DNA of 64,000 bases from Arenimonas sp. (GCA_036676335.1 JAKFDD010000012.1:278726-342725), one strand, 5' to 3'; counted from the stretch's first letter, positions 48,161 to 59,354 are shown. The notes: generated from the sequence alone by a model not told the origin. A program made the numbers and translations.

Positions 48161-49204
48161 TCATGTCCCTGCAATTCGGCGTGTCGCCGCAATGTATTCA
48201 TCCACTTTTGCCCGTGCCGAACCATTTTCGAGCACACGTCGTGCCAGAACAATGCCCGATTCGATATCCCGCGCAGAATTTGCGGCGTATAAAGCGGCAC
48301 CGGCATTCAATAAAACGATATCGCGTGCAGGGCCGGGAGTGTTATCCAGCACCGCCAGCAGCATGGCCTGTGAGGCCTCAGGTGAATCTACCCGCAAGCT
48401 ATCCAGACTACCGCGCAAAAAACCGAATTTTTCCGGCGAGATTTCGTATTCGCGGATCTTGCCGTCGTGTAATTCCGACACAAGAGTTTTATCGGCGATC
48501 GTGATTTCATCCAGGCCGTCATAGCCATGCACCACCAATGCATGCTTCGCGCCCAGCCTTTGCATCACGCGTGCCTGGATGCCGCACAAATCCGGATGAA
48601 ACACACCCATCAAGATATTCGGAGCACTCGCCGGATTCGTGAGTGGGCCCAGAATGTTAAAAATCGTCCGCACGCCGAGTTCCTTGCGTACCGGCGCGAC
48701 ATTTTTCATCGCCGGGTGATGGATCGGCGCGAACATGAAACCAAAACCAGTTTCGTTCATGCACTGCGCCACTTGCTCGGGCTGCAATTCAATCACGGCA
48801 CCGAGTGCTTCCAGCACATCGGCACTACCCGATTTCGACGAAACACTTCGATTACCGTGTTTCGCCACTTTCGCACCCGCAGCCGCCGCGATAAACATTG
48901 CTGTCGTCGAAATATTGAATGTATGCGCACTGTCGCCACCGGTACCGACGATGTCGACCAGGTTACTGGCATCGTCGACAGCAACTTTCGCGGAGAATTC
49001 GCGCATCACGCTGGCAGCGGCGGCAATCTCGCCGATGGTTTCTTTTTTAACCCGCAAGCCGGTCAATAAGGCTGCGGTCATTGCCGGCGATACATCGCCA
49101 CGCATGATGCAGCGCATCACCTCGACCATTTCATCGAAGAAAATTTCGCGATGTTCGATTACGCGTTGCAGGGCTTGCTGGGGAGTGAAGTTCATATTCG
49201 TCAT
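48161..49204 (-). CDS. trpD: Anthranilate phosphoribosyltransferase
   Basis: GTGGD, NISTTA and KHGNRS motifs. Start at ATG 49202-49204 ([12 protein letters not shown]); the upstream track extension is translated repeat sequence. Confidence 0.93.
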   Translation of the reverse strand: MTNMNFTPQQALQRVIEHREIFFDEMVEVMRCIMRGDVSPAMTAALLTGLRVKKETIGEIAAAASVMREFSAKVAVDDASNLVDIVGTGGDSAHTFNISTTAMFIAAAAGAKVAKHGNRSVSSKSGSADVLEALGAVIELQPEQVAQCMNETGFGFMFAPIHHPAMKNVAPVRKELGVRTIFNILGPLTNPASAPNILMGVFHPDLCGIQARVMQRLGAKHALVVHGYDGLDEITIADKTLVSELHDGKIREYEISPEKFGFLRGSLDSLRVDSPEASQAMLLAVLDNTPGPARDIVLLNAGAALYAANSARDIESGIVLARRVLENGSARAKVDEYIAATRRIAGT

Positions 49205-49214
49205 AAAAAATTTT

Positions 49215-49247
49215 GATCCGTCATCCCGACGAAAGTCGGGATCCAGA
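49215..49247. repeat. REP-like hairpin element, copy A
   Basis: gatccgtcaTCCCGACgaaaGTCGGGAtccaga; 7-bp stem with a GAAA loop. Confidence 0.75.
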
Positions 49248-49336
49248 AGCAACAATAAATCCGTATTTCAAGTTCTCGTAGCTCTTTCAAGCTCTTAAAT
49301 CCATCGTAACTCAATGTCGCTACTTCGTAAGATGTT

Positions 49337-49366
49337 CCTGGGTCCCGACTTCCGTCGGGACGACAG
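49337..49366. repeat. REP-like hairpin element, copy B (inverted relative to copy A)
   Basis: cctgggTCCCGACttccGTCGGGAcgacag. Its reverse complement matches copy A at most positions. It ends 3 nt before the trpG stop codon. Confidence 0.75.
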
Positions 49367-49368
49367 TG

Positions 49369-49950
49369 TTATTTTTGTTCCAGAAAATTCTTCAACATCG
49401 CATGGCCATGCTGCGTCAGGATCGATTCCGGATGGAACTGCACACCTTGCACCGGCAGGGTTTTATGGCGCAAGCCCATGATTTCATCGAAACTGCCGTC
49501 CTCGTTTTCGGTCCAGGCGGTGATTTCCAGGCAATCGGGCAACGATTCTTTTTCGACCACCAGCGAGTGATAACGGGTCGCTTCAAACGGACTTGGCAAA
49601 TCCGAAAACACGCCCTGACTGTTGTGATGCATCAAGGAAGTTTTCCCGTGCATGATGGTTTTCGCACGAATCACTTTACCACCGAAGGCCTGACCCAGAC
49701 TTTGATGCCCGAGACAGACACCAAGAATCGGTACGTTGCCGGACAATTTTTCCAGCACTTCCAACGACACGCCGGCTTCATTCGGCGTGCAGGGGCCCGG
49801 CGAAATCACGATGCGTTCCGGCTTCAAGGCCGCAATTTCATTGACGCTCAGGTCGTCATTGCGAATCACTTTCACCGCCTGCCCGAGTTCACCGAAGTAC
49901 TGAACCAGGTTGTAGGTGAAGCTATCGTAGTTGTCGATCATTAAAAGCAT
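49369..49950 (-). CDS. trpG: Anthranilate synthase component II (glutamine amidotransferase)
   Basis: [21 protein letters not shown] and QFHPES catalytic-triad motifs. ATG 49948-49950. Confidence 0.93.
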   Translation of the reverse strand: MLLMIDNYDSFTYNLVQYFGELGQAVKVIRNDDLSVNEIAALKPERIVISPGPCTPNEAGVSLEVLEKLSGNVPILGVCLGHQSLGQAFGGKVIRAKTIMHGKTSLMHHNSQGVFSDLPSPFEATRYHSLVVEKESLPDCLEITAWTENEDGSFDEIMGLRHKTLPVQGVQFHPESILTQHGHAMLKNFLEQK

Positions 49951-49978
49951 TTCGATCTCGCATTTAAAAACTTTTTCA

Positions 49979-51478
49979 TCAAAGTCCACCGGCTGCCTGT
50001 GCAACGGCACGAAATAAGGCACGACCTTTATTCATCGTTTCATCCCATTCCTTCTCCGGATCGGAGTCGTACACGATGCCGGCGCCGGCTTGCACATACA
50101 GGCGTCCGTCCTGGATAACCGCGGTGCGGATCGCGATCGCGGTATCGGCATCGCCCCACCAGCCGAGATAACCGACGGCACCGGAATAGATATTGCGCTT
50201 GATCGGTTCCAGTTCCTGGATGACTTCGAGCGCGCGAATTTTCGGCGCGCCGGAAACCGTACCGGCCGGAAATGTCGCCTTGAAAACATCGGCGAATTTC
50301 AAATCGGCGCGGAGCTTGCCCTGCACTTCCGACACGATATGCATGACGTGCGAATAGCGTTCGATCAGAAAACGATCCGGCACGGTGACGCTACCGGCTT
50401 CGGCCACGCGACCGACATCGTTGCGACCGAGGTCGATCAACATTAAATGTTCGGCAAGCTCTTTTGGGTCGGCCAGCAATTCTTTTTCCAGTGCAATATC
50501 TTCTTCATGTGTCGCACCGCGTGGGCGGGTGCCTGCAATGGGCCGCACTGTGACTTCACCGCCCTGCAGGCGCACCAGAATTTCCGGCGAGGAGCCAACA
50601 ATTTGCGTACCGCCCAAATCCAGGAAATACATATACGGCGATGGATTCAGTGCTCGTAGCGCGCGATAAACGTCAACCGGACGCGCGCGGAACGGCACGC
50701 TTAAACGTTGCGACAACACGACCTGGAAAATATCGCCGGCGCGAATATATTCTTTCGATTTTTCGATCGCTTCGATAAAGCCCTGCTTCGTGAAACCGGA
50801 AACGAAATCGCTTTCGTTCAACAACGATGGATCGAGCACATCCGGATAAGTCGCACCGCTGTGACGCAAGCGATGCGTCAAGGCATCCAGACGCCGCTGC
50901 GCCTTCGCATATGCCTGCGATTCATTCGGATCGGCGTGCACGATTAAATACAGACGGCCTTTCAGATTATCGAAAACGGCCAGTTCTTCACTGAGCATCA
51001 ACAAGACATCGGGTGTGCCGAGTTCGTCTTTCTTGTTATTGCCTGCTGCCAATCTCGGCTCGATATAGGCAATACTTTCGAAACCGAAGTAACCGACCAG
51101 GCCACCGGTAAACGCCGGCAAAGACGGAATCTTCGGCACACGAAAACTTTCACGCAGCGCGTCTATTTCCTCGAGCGGATTTTCCAGGTGCAGCGTATCG
51201 ACATGTTCGCCGTATTCATGGATTTGCAGGTCGTGGCCATACAAACTGAATACACGTTTTGCCGGCAAGCCAATGATCGAATAGCGACCCCAGGTTTCGC
51301 CGCCTTCGACCGATTCGAATAAATAGGTATGCGGGCCGTCGGCCAATTTCAGATAGACGGAAAGCGGAGTATCGAGATCCGACAGGACCTCGCGGACAAC
51401 GGGGATGCGGTTATAGCCTTCAGCAGCGAATTGCTGGAATTGTTCTTGAGTGATCACGCGATGTTTCCTTGCAGACAT
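49979..51478 (-). CDS. trpE: Anthranilate synthase component I
   Basis: LLESV-like [18 protein letters not shown] and IRTAV chorismate-binding motifs. Confidence 0.95.
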   Translation of the reverse strand: MSARKHRVITQEQFQQFAAEGYNRIPVVREVLSDLDTPLSVYLKLADGPHTYLFESVEGGETWGRYSIIGLPAKRVFSLYGHDLQIHEYGEHVDTLHLENPLEEIDALRESFRVPKIPSLPAFTGGLVGYFGFESIAYIEPRLAAGNNKKDELGTPDVLLMLSEELAVFDNLKGRLYLIVHADPNESQAYAKAQRRLDALTHRLRHSGATYPDVLDPSLLNESDFVSGFTKQGFIEAIEKSKEYIRAGDIFQVVLSQRLSVPFRARPVDVYRALRALNPSPYMYFLDLGGTQIVGSSPEILVRLQGGEVTVRPIAGTRPRGATHEEDIALEKELLADPKELAEHLMLIDLGRNDVGRVAEAGSVTVPDRFLIERYSHVMHIVSEVQGKLRADLKFADVFKATFPAGTVSGAPKIRALEVIQELEPIKRNIYSGAVGYLGWWGDADTAIAIRTAVIQDGRLYVQAGAGIVYDSDPEKEWDETMNKGRALFRAVAQAAGGL

Positions 51479-51562
51479 TATTCATGGACATGGTTTGACG
51501 AGCACAAGTGTGCGATTGCCATGGCCATTGCCAGCAGGGAGACGGATTGTGAGCCGAGAGCT

Positions 51563-52237
51563 TCATGGCCTTACTTTAGCGATTTCCGCGCGCATTTGTC
51601 CAATAACTTCTTGATAATTCGGCGCATTGAAGATCGCCGAGCCCGCGACGAAGGTGTCAGCACCGGCCGCGGCGATCTCGGCGATATTGTCGACCTTCAC
51701 GCCACCATCGATTTCCAGGCGAATGTTTTTGCCTGTGCGATCAATCATTTGCCGGACCTGCTTCAACTTCGTCAAGGCCGAAGGAATAAAACTCTGACCA
51801 CCAAAACCGGGATTGACCGACATCAGCAAAACCAGATCCAATTCTTCGAGCACATAATCGAGCACATCGATCGGCGTGGCCGGGTTCAGCACCAGACCAG
51901 CCTGACAGCCGGTCGACTTGATCAGTTGAATCGTGCGATGGACATGCTCGCTGGCTTCCGGATGGAAGCTGATCAGCGTCGCGCCCGCTTTCGCGAAGTC
52001 CGGCACGATGCGATCGACCGGCTTCACCATCAGATGCACATCGATCGGCACGGTCACGCCATGCTTGCGCAGGGCTTCGCAAATCATCGGGCCAATCGTG
52101 AGGTTGGGAACGTAATGATTATCCATCACGTCAAAGTGCACCCAATCGGCACCGGCTTTCAGAACCGCATCGACTTCTTCACCGAGTTTGGCGAAATTGG
52201 CAGACAGAATGGATGGAGCGATGATGGCGTTCGACAT
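51563..52237 (-). CDS. rpe: Ribulose-phosphate 3-epimerase
   Basis: [11 protein letters not shown]...[14 protein letters not shown]...[10 protein letters not shown]. Confidence 0.95.
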   Translation of the reverse strand: MSNAIIAPSILSANFAKLGEEVDAVLKAGADWVHFDVMDNHYVPNLTIGPMICEALRKHGVTVPIDVHLMVKPVDRIVPDFAKAGATLISFHPEASEHVHRTIQLIKSTGCQAGLVLNPATPIDVLDYVLEELDLVLLMSVNPGFGGQSFIPSALTKLKQVRQMIDRTGKNIRLEIDGGVKVDNIAEIAAAGADTFVAGSAIFNAPNYQEVIGQMRAEIAKVRP

Positions 52238-52240
52238 AGT

Positions 52241-52603
52241 TCAGTTCCCACGAATTTTTTGTATTTGGTCGTATGCGGCATTGATGGCGGATGCACGCTT
52301 TTCGGCAAGTTCGCGAATTTCCTTCGCAGCACCGGCCACTTTATCCGGATGGTATTGCGCGATTTGGCGACGATAAGCCGCTTCGATATCGTCATCGCTG
52401 GCTTGCGGGTCTACTTCAAGGATTTGATAGGGATCTTTCAGTATTTTGTCGGGCGGCGGCACGTCTGCTTCGGCGGACTTGAACAAATTCCTGAACCAGC
52501 CTGCATCAATGGCAAAACCGAGCGCCAAGCCCAAAAGAATCAATTGTGGGCGTCGTGTAAATAGCCCCAATAAAAAGCCAACCAATGTCCATTTGTATTT
52601 CAT
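52241..52603 (-). CDS. Small membrane-anchored J-domain protein
   Basis: N-terminal TM and a C-terminal J domain with HPD (DPYQILEV...YHPDK). Confidence 0.8.
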   Translation of the reverse strand: MKYKWTLVGFLLGLFTRRPQLILLGLALGFAIDAGWFRNLFKSAEADVPPPDKILKDPYQILEVDPQASDDDIEAAYRRQIAQYHPDKVAGAAKEIRELAEKRASAINAAYDQIQKIRGN

Positions 52604-52923
52604 TTATTGGCACTCATTTTCTTGGCTTGCTGGAAACCGGGCTGGGTGGCATACCATTTTGCGAATGCGGCAATATCTTTCGGCTGCAATTGATTCGCGA
52701 TACTACTCATTGGCGCGACTTTACGTGCGCCGGTACGATAATCATTCAAGGCTTTACGCAGATAGGCTTCATCCTGCCCTGCCAGATGCGGAGTACCCGT
52801 CACCCGACTAATGCCGGTTTCACCATGGCAGGCGGCACAGAGCCCCAACTTGGCCGGTTTACTGGCCTGGGCTGTGACCGGGAGTGCAAGAATCAAAAAA
52901 AATACCGAAATAATCGCTTTCAT
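52600..52923 (-). CDS. Class I c-type cytochrome (monohaem)
   Basis: Signal peptide from ATG 52921-52923, CAACHG haem motif and a distal Met region. ATGA overlap with the downstream J-domain gene. Confidence 0.85.
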   Translation of the reverse strand: MKAIISVFFLILALPVTAQASKPAKLGLCAACHGETGISRVTGTPHLAGQDEAYLRKALNDYRTGARKVAPMSSIANQLQPKDIAAFAKWYATQPGFQQAKKMSANK

Positions 52924-52997
52924 GCGGCCATTGTAACAGCGCCAAAGCACCCATCGGCCTTACAATATGCATAGTCTCGAAATTCGGAATATTCACA

Positions 52998-53894
52998 GTG
53001 GCAACGACTCTTCATACTTCCAACCTGCCCGGCCTGCCCTTGCTGCACCGGGGCAAAGTGCGCGACGTTTATGGCCTGGATAATCAACGCTTGTTGATGG
53101 TCGCCAGCGACCGGCTTTCGGCATTTGATGTCGTACTGCCTGACCCCATTCCCGGCAAGGGCGAAATGCTCTGCCAGATTTCGAACTTCTGGTTCGATAA
53201 AACCGCACATCTGATTCCGAATCACCTTACCCATGAACCGGTGGCGTCTGTGCTGCCTGCCGGTGTCGATCAGACTTTATACGCGAAGCGTTCGGTCGTT
53301 ACGAAGAAATTGAAACCGGTGCCGGTCGAAGCTATCGCACGTGGCTACATTATTGGTAGCGGCTGGAAGGACTATCAAAAAACCGGTTCGATTTGCGGCA
53401 TTGAATTGCCTGCTGGCCTGCAGCAAGCCGAACAGTTGCCGAGCCCGATCTTTACGCCTTCGACAAAAGCCGCCGTCGGCGACCATGACGAAAATGTCAG
53501 CTTCGACACCATCGTTCAACAAGTTGGCGGCGAACTTGCCGAACAAGTACGTGCGGCAACGCTGGAAATTTACGAATTCGCGGCACGCTACGCGATTCAG
53601 CGCGGCATCATCATTGCCGATACCAAACTGGAATTTGGTCTCGATGAAAATGGCGTACTGCATGTGATGGACGAAATGCTGACCCCGGATTCATCGCGGT
53701 TCTGGCCGGCCGATTCGTACCAGGTAGGCATCAGCCCGCCGAGTTACGACAAGCAATTCGTACGGGATTATCTGGAAACGCTGGACTGGAATAAAACCGC
53801 GCCTGGTCCTTCGGTACCGGCAAACATTATCGAAGTGACGCGGGCAAAATATGCCGAGGCATTGCATCGCCTCGCTGATATCACATTGGATTAA
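52998..53894 (+). CDS. purC: Phosphoribosylaminoimidazole-succinocarboxamide synthase (long form)
   Basis: [15 protein letters not shown] and ADTKLEFG motifs. GTG start at 52998. Confidence 0.92.
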   Translation: MATTLHTSNLPGLPLLHRGKVRDVYGLDNQRLLMVASDRLSAFDVVLPDPIPGKGEMLCQISNFWFDKTAHLIPNHLTHEPVASVLPAGVDQTLYAKRSVVTKKLKPVPVEAIARGYIIGSGWKDYQKTGSICGIELPAGLQQAEQLPSPIFTPSTKAAVGDHDENVSFDTIVQQVGGELAEQVRAATLEIYEFAARYAIQRGIIIADTKLEFGLDENGVLHVMDEMLTPDSSRFWPADSYQVGISPPSYDKQFVRDYLETLDWNKTAPGPSVPANIIEVTRAKYAEALHRLADITLD

Positions 53895-53910
53895 GAAACT
53901 GGAGCAAGGC

Positions 53911-54375
53911 ATGCGCAAAGTTGACGAGCTACTTGATAATTATTCGATGGATCACCAGAACCCGACGAATCAAAAGATCCATGTGATTTGCGTGCCAGCG
54001 ATTGTCTGGTCGGTGACTGCCTTGCTTTGGTGCATTCCTTCTCCGCATAAGGATATTAATCCCGGCATCTGGGGTGCACTTGCCATGTTTTTTGCCTGGG
54101 CCTATTACTGGCGTCAGTCGAAAAGCCTGGCGATCGGTTTGTTGCTTGCGTTCACCGCAGCCGGGTTTTTGAACCGCTGGATCTTGTATACCTACGGCAT
54201 CTATGTGTTGTTCGGACTTGCCATTGGCGTATTCGTCGTGGCCTGGATTGCACAATTTATCGGCCACAAGATCGAAGGCAAACGCCCGAGTTTCCTGACC
54301 GATATGGTGTATCTGCTGGTTGGTCCGATGTGGACATTGCGCAAACTCTATTATCGTCTCGGCATAAAAGCCTAA
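53911..54375 (+). CDS. DUF962 (Mpo1-like) membrane protein
   Basis: HQNPTNQKIHVICVPAI motif. ATG at 53911 with GGAG 6 nt upstream; the track ORF from 53851 is rejected. Confidence 0.72.
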   Translation: MRKVDELLDNYSMDHQNPTNQKIHVICVPAIVWSVTALLWCIPSPHKDINPGIWGALAMFFAWAYYWRQSKSLAIGLLLAFTAAGFLNRWILYTYGIYVLFGLAIGVFVVAWIAQFIGHKIEGKRPSFLTDMVYLLVGPMWTLRKLYYRLGIKA

Positions 54376-55263
54376 ATGAGTCATCACCGAATTGGCGCCC
54401 GCGATGGCATGCTGATCGCGGTGATTTGCATGGCGTGGGCCGGTAACTTCATTACAACTGCATTTGGCGTTAGAGAACTTCCGCCGATTTTGTTTTCTGC
54501 CGTGCGCATGGGCATTCTGGCTCTGGTGTTATTGCCATTCCTGAAAATTCCCGCACGCGAGCAATGGTCCCGACTGACTGTAGTCGCACTCAATAACGGC
54601 GCCATCCATCTCAGTCTGTGTGCGATTGCATTGAAGCTCGCAGGTGATCTCGCATCGCCAGCCATTGCCTTGCAGAGCTATGTGCCAATGTCTGCCCTGC
54701 TGGCTTGGTGGCTGCTCGGTGAACGCTTCGCGTGGCGTACCGGGTTGGCCATCGCCATCTGTTTCGGCGGTGTGTTGATTCTGGGTTTCGATCCAATTGT
54801 TTTGGACAAACCATCAGCCTTATGGACGATGTTGGCCGCTGCGTTTTTTCTTGCACTCGGAACGATCTGGATGCGCGGGTTGCAAGGAGTTGATGTTGTG
54901 CAACAGCAAGGCTGGTCGGCATTGATCAGCGTGCTGCCGATGGTGCTGGTAAGTTTTCTGCTGGAACCCGATGTTCTTCCTTCGATCAAGAATGCCAGCT
55001 TGACCACCTGGGCTTGCGTGAGTTATTCCGCACTGGTTTCTTCACTGCTCGGGCACGGCCTTTATTTCGCGCTGGTGAAACGACATCCGGTCGCGCAGAT
55101 CACACCCTATCTTTTATGCGCCCCGGTCATGGCTGTGATATTCGGCATTCTGGTCTGGGGCGATAAACCAGGCCCGAAATTATATTTCGGCGGAGCGATG
55201 GTGATCGGCGGCGTGCTGATTATTGCCTACCGGAATATTGCGAAGAGCCGAAACCTGCAATAA
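54376..55263 (+). CDS. EamA/DMT family transporter
   Basis: About ten TM segments in two EamA repeats. Confidence 0.8.
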   Translation: MSHHRIGARDGMLIAVICMAWAGNFITTAFGVRELPPILFSAVRMGILALVLLPFLKIPAREQWSRLTVVALNNGAIHLSLCAIALKLAGDLASPAIALQSYVPMSALLAWWLLGERFAWRTGLAIAICFGGVLILGFDPIVLDKPSALWTMLAAAFFLALGTIWMRGLQGVDVVQQQGWSALISVLPMVLVSFLLEPDVLPSIKNASLTTWACVSYSALVSSLLGHGLYFALVKRHPVAQITPYLLCAPVMAVIFGILVWGDKPGPKLYFGGAMVIGGVLIIAYRNIAKSRNLQ

Positions 55264-55404
55264 AAAACAAATGCGCTTCCATGGCTTTTGCCATATGCAG
55301 AAAAAGCACCAAATCATCATGATTTGAGGTCACTTGACCTTCTGTCTGACTTGGCAGAATCAACCAATAACGTTAAAACCCAACTTAACAAGGATAGTTT
55401 GAGA

Positions 55405-56718
55405 ATGGCGCGTGCAACCCGGGTTCTTCTGAAAACCGTTTTTTATACAGCAATTCTGCTGACGATACTTGTAATGATCCTGCTTGAAAATTCTCGTATT
55501 GAGACCACCGAGAACGGCGTGGACAAGCGTCTTCATATTCCAACGGGTGGCTCCAGATCGATTGCCATAAATCTGTTCTCGGGCACGGGCAGCGATGTGT
55601 CGATCCCGGGATTCCTTGATGGTCCAATCGTCAAGATCGACAAGCACGGAAAATGGGATGCCACCTGGTATTGTCTTGACCGTGTAGGCCAATCGAGCGG
55701 CAGCGGCACAACGCTCTCGATTCGTTGTGGCAGCGAAACAAAAAGCTTCTCGCTTTTACCACCGGCCAGTCCGGACGCCGTTGCTGCAATGCCGGAAAAA
55801 GTTATTGTCCTGAGCGACCTGGAGGGCAATATTGCATTCCTGGAAAATGCCTTGCGCCAATTGAATATTGTTGACGACGCCGGAGCATGGCAGTTCGAGA
55901 AAAACAGGCTCGTCATCCTGGGAGATTCGGTCGACCGTGGTCGTGATGTCTACGCCGTGCTATGGCGCCTCTACAATTTAAGCCAGCAGGCCCAAGCGGC
56001 CGGTGGCGCCGTCCATTTACTGCTTGGCAATCATGAGCAATATATATTGCGCGGCAATATCTCGCGGATGAATCCGGAACATCTCTACGCTTTGCAGCAA
56101 ATGGGTGGTTACTCGGAAGGATTTGCCAGTGACACGCTTATCGGTGCATGGCTGCGAGAGCAACCCGTGATCGTAAAACTGGGATCGGCAGTGTTTGTCC
56201 ACGGCGGCATTCATGTCGATGTAGCCAAAGCGGGACACACGATCGAACAGCTCAACGCAAGCATGAAAGCTTATTGGAATCGGAACAGTGCCGACGCAGG
56301 AAAGAGTTCCTTACTCGACTCCGTTCTGGATCAGCGTGGTGTTACCCAATATCGCGGCTATGTCATGCCGCTTGAAGAGTATTACCCGCAGGCAACTCAA
56401 GCCGATGTGGAAACCGTACTGAAACATTTCAGTGCCAGCCATATCGTTGTTGCTCACACCTTGGTTGACAAAGTTACTCCGCTTTATAAAAACAAAGTCT
56501 ATGCAGTAGACGTTAATACCAATGAAGCAAGGCCCGAAGTACTCAGCTTCGAAAACGGCATCCCGAAAATAGTGAACCTGGGTGTCGCGAGGAACCTGCA
56601 GGAGCCGGGAAAAGCTGCCGTTCGAAACTTCAGCCTTACCGACAGTCAAGACATCGAAATACTTCGACAATGGATTAGGCATTCGTATGCTCTGTCACAA
56701 CTGCCGCAACCCTATTGA
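55405..56718 (+). CDS. Membrane-anchored calcineurin-like metallophosphoesterase
   Basis: LSDLEGN, GDSVDRG, GNHE and VHGG metal-binding motifs. N-terminal TM. ATG at 55405; the track TTG at 55288 is possible. Confidence 0.75.
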   Translation: MARATRVLLKTVFYTAILLTILVMILLENSRIETTENGVDKRLHIPTGGSRSIAINLFSGTGSDVSIPGFLDGPIVKIDKHGKWDATWYCLDRVGQSSGSGTTLSIRCGSETKSFSLLPPASPDAVAAMPEKVIVLSDLEGNIAFLENALRQLNIVDDAGAWQFEKNRLVILGDSVDRGRDVYAVLWRLYNLSQQAQAAGGAVHLLLGNHEQYILRGNISRMNPEHLYALQQMGGYSEGFASDTLIGAWLREQPVIVKLGSAVFVHGGIHVDVAKAGHTIEQLNASMKAYWNRNSADAGKSSLLDSVLDQRGVTQYRGYVMPLEEYYPQATQADVETVLKHFSASHIVVAHTLVDKVTPLYKNKVYAVDVNTNEARPEVLSFENGIPKIVNLGVARNLQEPGKAAVRNFSLTDSQDIEILRQWIRHSYALSQLPQPY

Positions 56719-56765
56719 ACAGGCCTGACAAATAAATTTTCGATGACTCGCAAATCAATCCATTA

Positions 56766-56795
56766 ATAAAAAACGGGCCGAAGCCCGTTTTTTAT
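56766..56795. terminator. Bidirectional terminator between the phosphoesterase gene and the RND gene
   Basis: aaaaaacgggc-cgaa-gcccgtttttt. Confidence 0.85.
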
Positions 56796-56813
56796 TTGCC
56801 ACTGACGTGAGGA

Positions 56814-59354
56814 TTAAAGCACTGGTTTCCAGTTATCTACTTCCTTCGGGCGCAACAACCAGCGGCAGAGTGCCGGCAGGAAGATGATCGCCGCAATCAT
56901 GTTCACGATAAACATGAAGGTCAGCATGATGCCCATGTCGGCCTGGAATTTCAGGTCGGAGAACATCCACATCGCAACGCCCACTGCCAGCGTCAATGCC
57001 GTGTAGGAAATCGCGATGCCGGTCGTCTTCAATGCAATGAAGTAGGACTCGCTCAAGGTGTGACCTTGCAACATCGCTTCGCGCATCCGCGCGAAGATGT
57101 AGATGCCGTAATCGACACCGATACCGACACCCAACGCAACCACGGTCAAGGTGTTTACCTTCATGCCGATATCGAGGAAGGTCATCAGGGTATGGCCCAG
57201 TTCGGTTACCAACACCAATGGCAATACGATACAGAGCGCTGCCAAGGGACTACGGAAGCTGATCAGGCACATCACGAAAACAGCGCCGTAAAGCAGATAC
57301 AAAATCGTATGCTCCGACTTGCGAACGGTATCGTTAATCGCCGCTGCTACACCGAGGTTACCGGTACCGAGACGAATATTCACTTGATCGGTCGTGTAGG
57401 TTTCGCCTTTGTCCGAAGCTGCCAGTTCGGCGGCATCGCGTTTCTTGGCAAAGCCTTCTTCGTACAGTTTATTGTCGGTACGGAATTTTTTGGTTTCGGC
57501 AACAATGCGATCAATCGTTGTCGCTTTGTGATCCGTTGCAAAAACCATCACCGGCATCGTGCGGCAGTCGGTATCCAGCAAGCCGCTGTCGGTATCAAAG
57601 CTTTGGGTGGCCTGACGCATGGTATCGCTGTCACGCGGCAAGGTCCGCCATTTGATCGAACCTTCGTTCCAACCGGCGTTGGCAATCTTCGCTGCCATCG
57701 GCAAGGTCATGACTTGCTCGACGCCCTCGACGTTATTGAGATGCCAGGCCAGACGATCAATCGTTTCCATCGCCTTGTAACTGCCCGTGCATGCCGACGG
57801 ACCGGCCTCGACAATCACATTCATGATGTCGACGCCAAGACCGAATTCCTTGCTGATGGCAACGGCATCCTGATTATAGCGGGAGGCAGGAATTCCAAAT
57901 GTTTTCATGAACCCGCTTTGTACCGGTGGCCGCAACTCGGCCACACCTTGCTCGGCATCGCCAATCAGCACCTTATTGCCCTGCATCCAGGCAAAGAACC
58001 AGATCACTGCACCCAGCAGAATGATAACGGCAGCGGGTTTCGGATGACTGAAGCTGGACAGGAAGGCCCAGATTTTGTCGAACTGCGTCAGCTGGCGCAA
58101 ACGGTAGGCACGCTTGTTATCCATATTGCGAAGCTTGGTATAGCTCAGCAGGACCGGTAACAAAACCAGATCGGTCAAAATGGTGAAAGCCACGCCGATC
58201 GTGGCAGTCACCGCCAATTCGCGAATCATCTGGATATTGATCACCATGATCGCTGCAAAGCCTATGCAGCCTGCGACCAAAGCGACCGTGCCTGGAATCA
58301 GCAATGCACGGAATGAATTACGGGCAGCCTCCAGTGGTGGATGCGCATTCTTGGCACGTTCCCGCAATTCGGCGACAGTACCTTCTTCCAGACCACCGAA
58401 GAAAATCTCGCCACGGAATCGGTTGATCATCTGCTCGCCATGGCTAACGGCAATCGCAAAGATCAGGAACGGCGTCAGCATGTTCATCGGGTCGATACCG
58501 TAGCCCAGCAAGCGCAAGGCACCCAACATCCAGACTACCGAGACCATCGCCACGAATACCGTGAGCGATGCCAGTTTTATCGAGCTTGAATAGATAAACA
58601 GCAGCAACCAGGTGAACGCAATCGTGATGATGAAAAACCATCCGACCGATTTCGCACCGTCGGTGATATCACCAACGACTTTTGCAAAACCGATAATGCG
58701 AATCTTGATATTGCCTTTCTCGTATTTCTTGCGGAGCTTTTCGAAATCAGCGGCAATTTTCGGATAGTCGGTTTTCTTGTCCTTGCTTTCCGGAATCAGA
58801 TCGGCCCAGATCATCGTGCCCGAATAATCTTTCGCCACCAGACGGCCGACGATATTCGCCTTGACGATATTGCTGCGAATGGTTCCGAATTGCTCGGGAG
58901 TTCCCGTGTTTGAAGCCGGCGAATAAGTATTGGGAATGACATTGCCACCGGCAAAGCCGTCTTCCACCACTTCGACGAAACGCACGTTCGGTGTAAACAG
59001 CGAACGCATACGCGCATCATCGGTCGAATCAAGGCTCATCACGTCATTGCTGACTTTTTCCAGAGTCCCCATGTATTCATCGGTGAAGATATTGCCATCT
59101 TCGGCAAACACCGCGACTAACACGCGATTGGCACCGCCAAAACCTTCTTCGTATTGTTCGAAGGTTTGCATGTATTCGTGTTCACGCGGGATTTGTTTCT
59201 TGAAGCCGGCATCAACCGTAAGTTGCGATGCAAAATAAAGCATTGCTACCGTAATGGCGGCAAAAATTATCAGAACGACTGGGCGTGAACTGAAAACTAC
59301 TTTTTCAGCAAAGTTACAGAATGCCGACGGCTCGCTATTACTTGGAAGGCTCAT
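56814..59354 (-). CDS. RND-superfamily (MMPL/HpnN-like) inner-membrane transporter
   Basis: 846 aa with two 6-TM bundles, each preceded by a large periplasmic loop. ATGA overlap with the upstream BNR gene. Confidence 0.85.
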   Translation of the reverse strand: MSLPSNSEPSAFCNFAEKVVFSSRPVVLIIFAAITVAMLYFASQLTVDAGFKKQIPREHEYMQTFEQYEEGFGGANRVLVAVFAEDGNIFTDEYMGTLEKVSNDVMSLDSTDDARMRSLFTPNVRFVEVVEDGFAGGNVIPNTYSPASNTGTPEQFGTIRSNIVKANIVGRLVAKDYSGTMIWADLIPESKDKKTDYPKIAADFEKLRKKYEKGNIKIRIIGFAKVVGDITDGAKSVGWFFIITIAFTWLLLFIYSSSIKLASLTVFVAMVSVVWMLGALRLLGYGIDPMNMLTPFLIFAIAVSHGEQMINRFRGEIFFGGLEEGTVAELRERAKNAHPPLEAARNSFRALLIPGTVALVAGCIGFAAIMVINIQMIRELAVTATIGVAFTILTDLVLLPVLLSYTKLRNMDNKRAYRLRQLTQFDKIWAFLSSFSHPKPAAVIILLGAVIWFFAWMQGNKVLIGDAEQGVAELRPPVQSGFMKTFGIPASRYNQDAVAISKEFGLGVDIMNVIVEAGPSACTGSYKAMETIDRLAWHLNNVEGVEQVMTLPMAAKIANAGWNEGSIKWRTLPRDSDTMRQATQSFDTDSGLLDTDCRTMPVMVFATDHKATTIDRIVAETKKFRTDNKLYEEGFAKKRDAAELAASDKGETYTTDQVNIRLGTGNLGVAAAINDTVRKSEHTILYLLYGAVFVMCLISFRSPLAALCIVLPLVLVTELGHTLMTFLDIGMKVNTLTVVALGVGIGVDYGIYIFARMREAMLQGHTLSESYFIALKTTGIAISYTALTLAVGVAMWMFSDLKFQADMGIMLTFMFIVNMIAAIIFLPALCRWLLRPKEVDNWKPVL

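Noticed and set aside
48161-49255. An N-terminally extended TrpD ([17 protein letters not shown]...).
   Set aside because: The extension is a translation of the REP-like hairpin (copy A). The conserved TrpD N-terminus begins at ATG 49202-49204.
51479-51562. A classical trp leader peptide or attenuator upstream of trpE.
   Set aside because: There are no tandem Trp codons and no alternative hairpins or U-tract. Only a Trp-free 16-codon uORF is present, reported separately at low interest.
51329-52564. A 411-aa plus-strand ORF spanning the trpE 5' end, rpe and the J-domain gene. Similar long antisense ORFs occur at 1395-2255, 10162-11112, 57060-58160 and 60888-61787.
   Set aside because: I checked 51329-52564 directly. 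trpE, rpe and the J-domain gene share one reading frame, and this ORF is exactly codon-aligned antisense to it. In that frame, stops would require the sense codons TTA, CTA or TCA, which are rare here. The translations are low-complexity (R/H/D/G-rich) with no recognisable motifs. The others were not frame-checked and are rejected by analogy. These are a compositional artefact, not overlapping genes.
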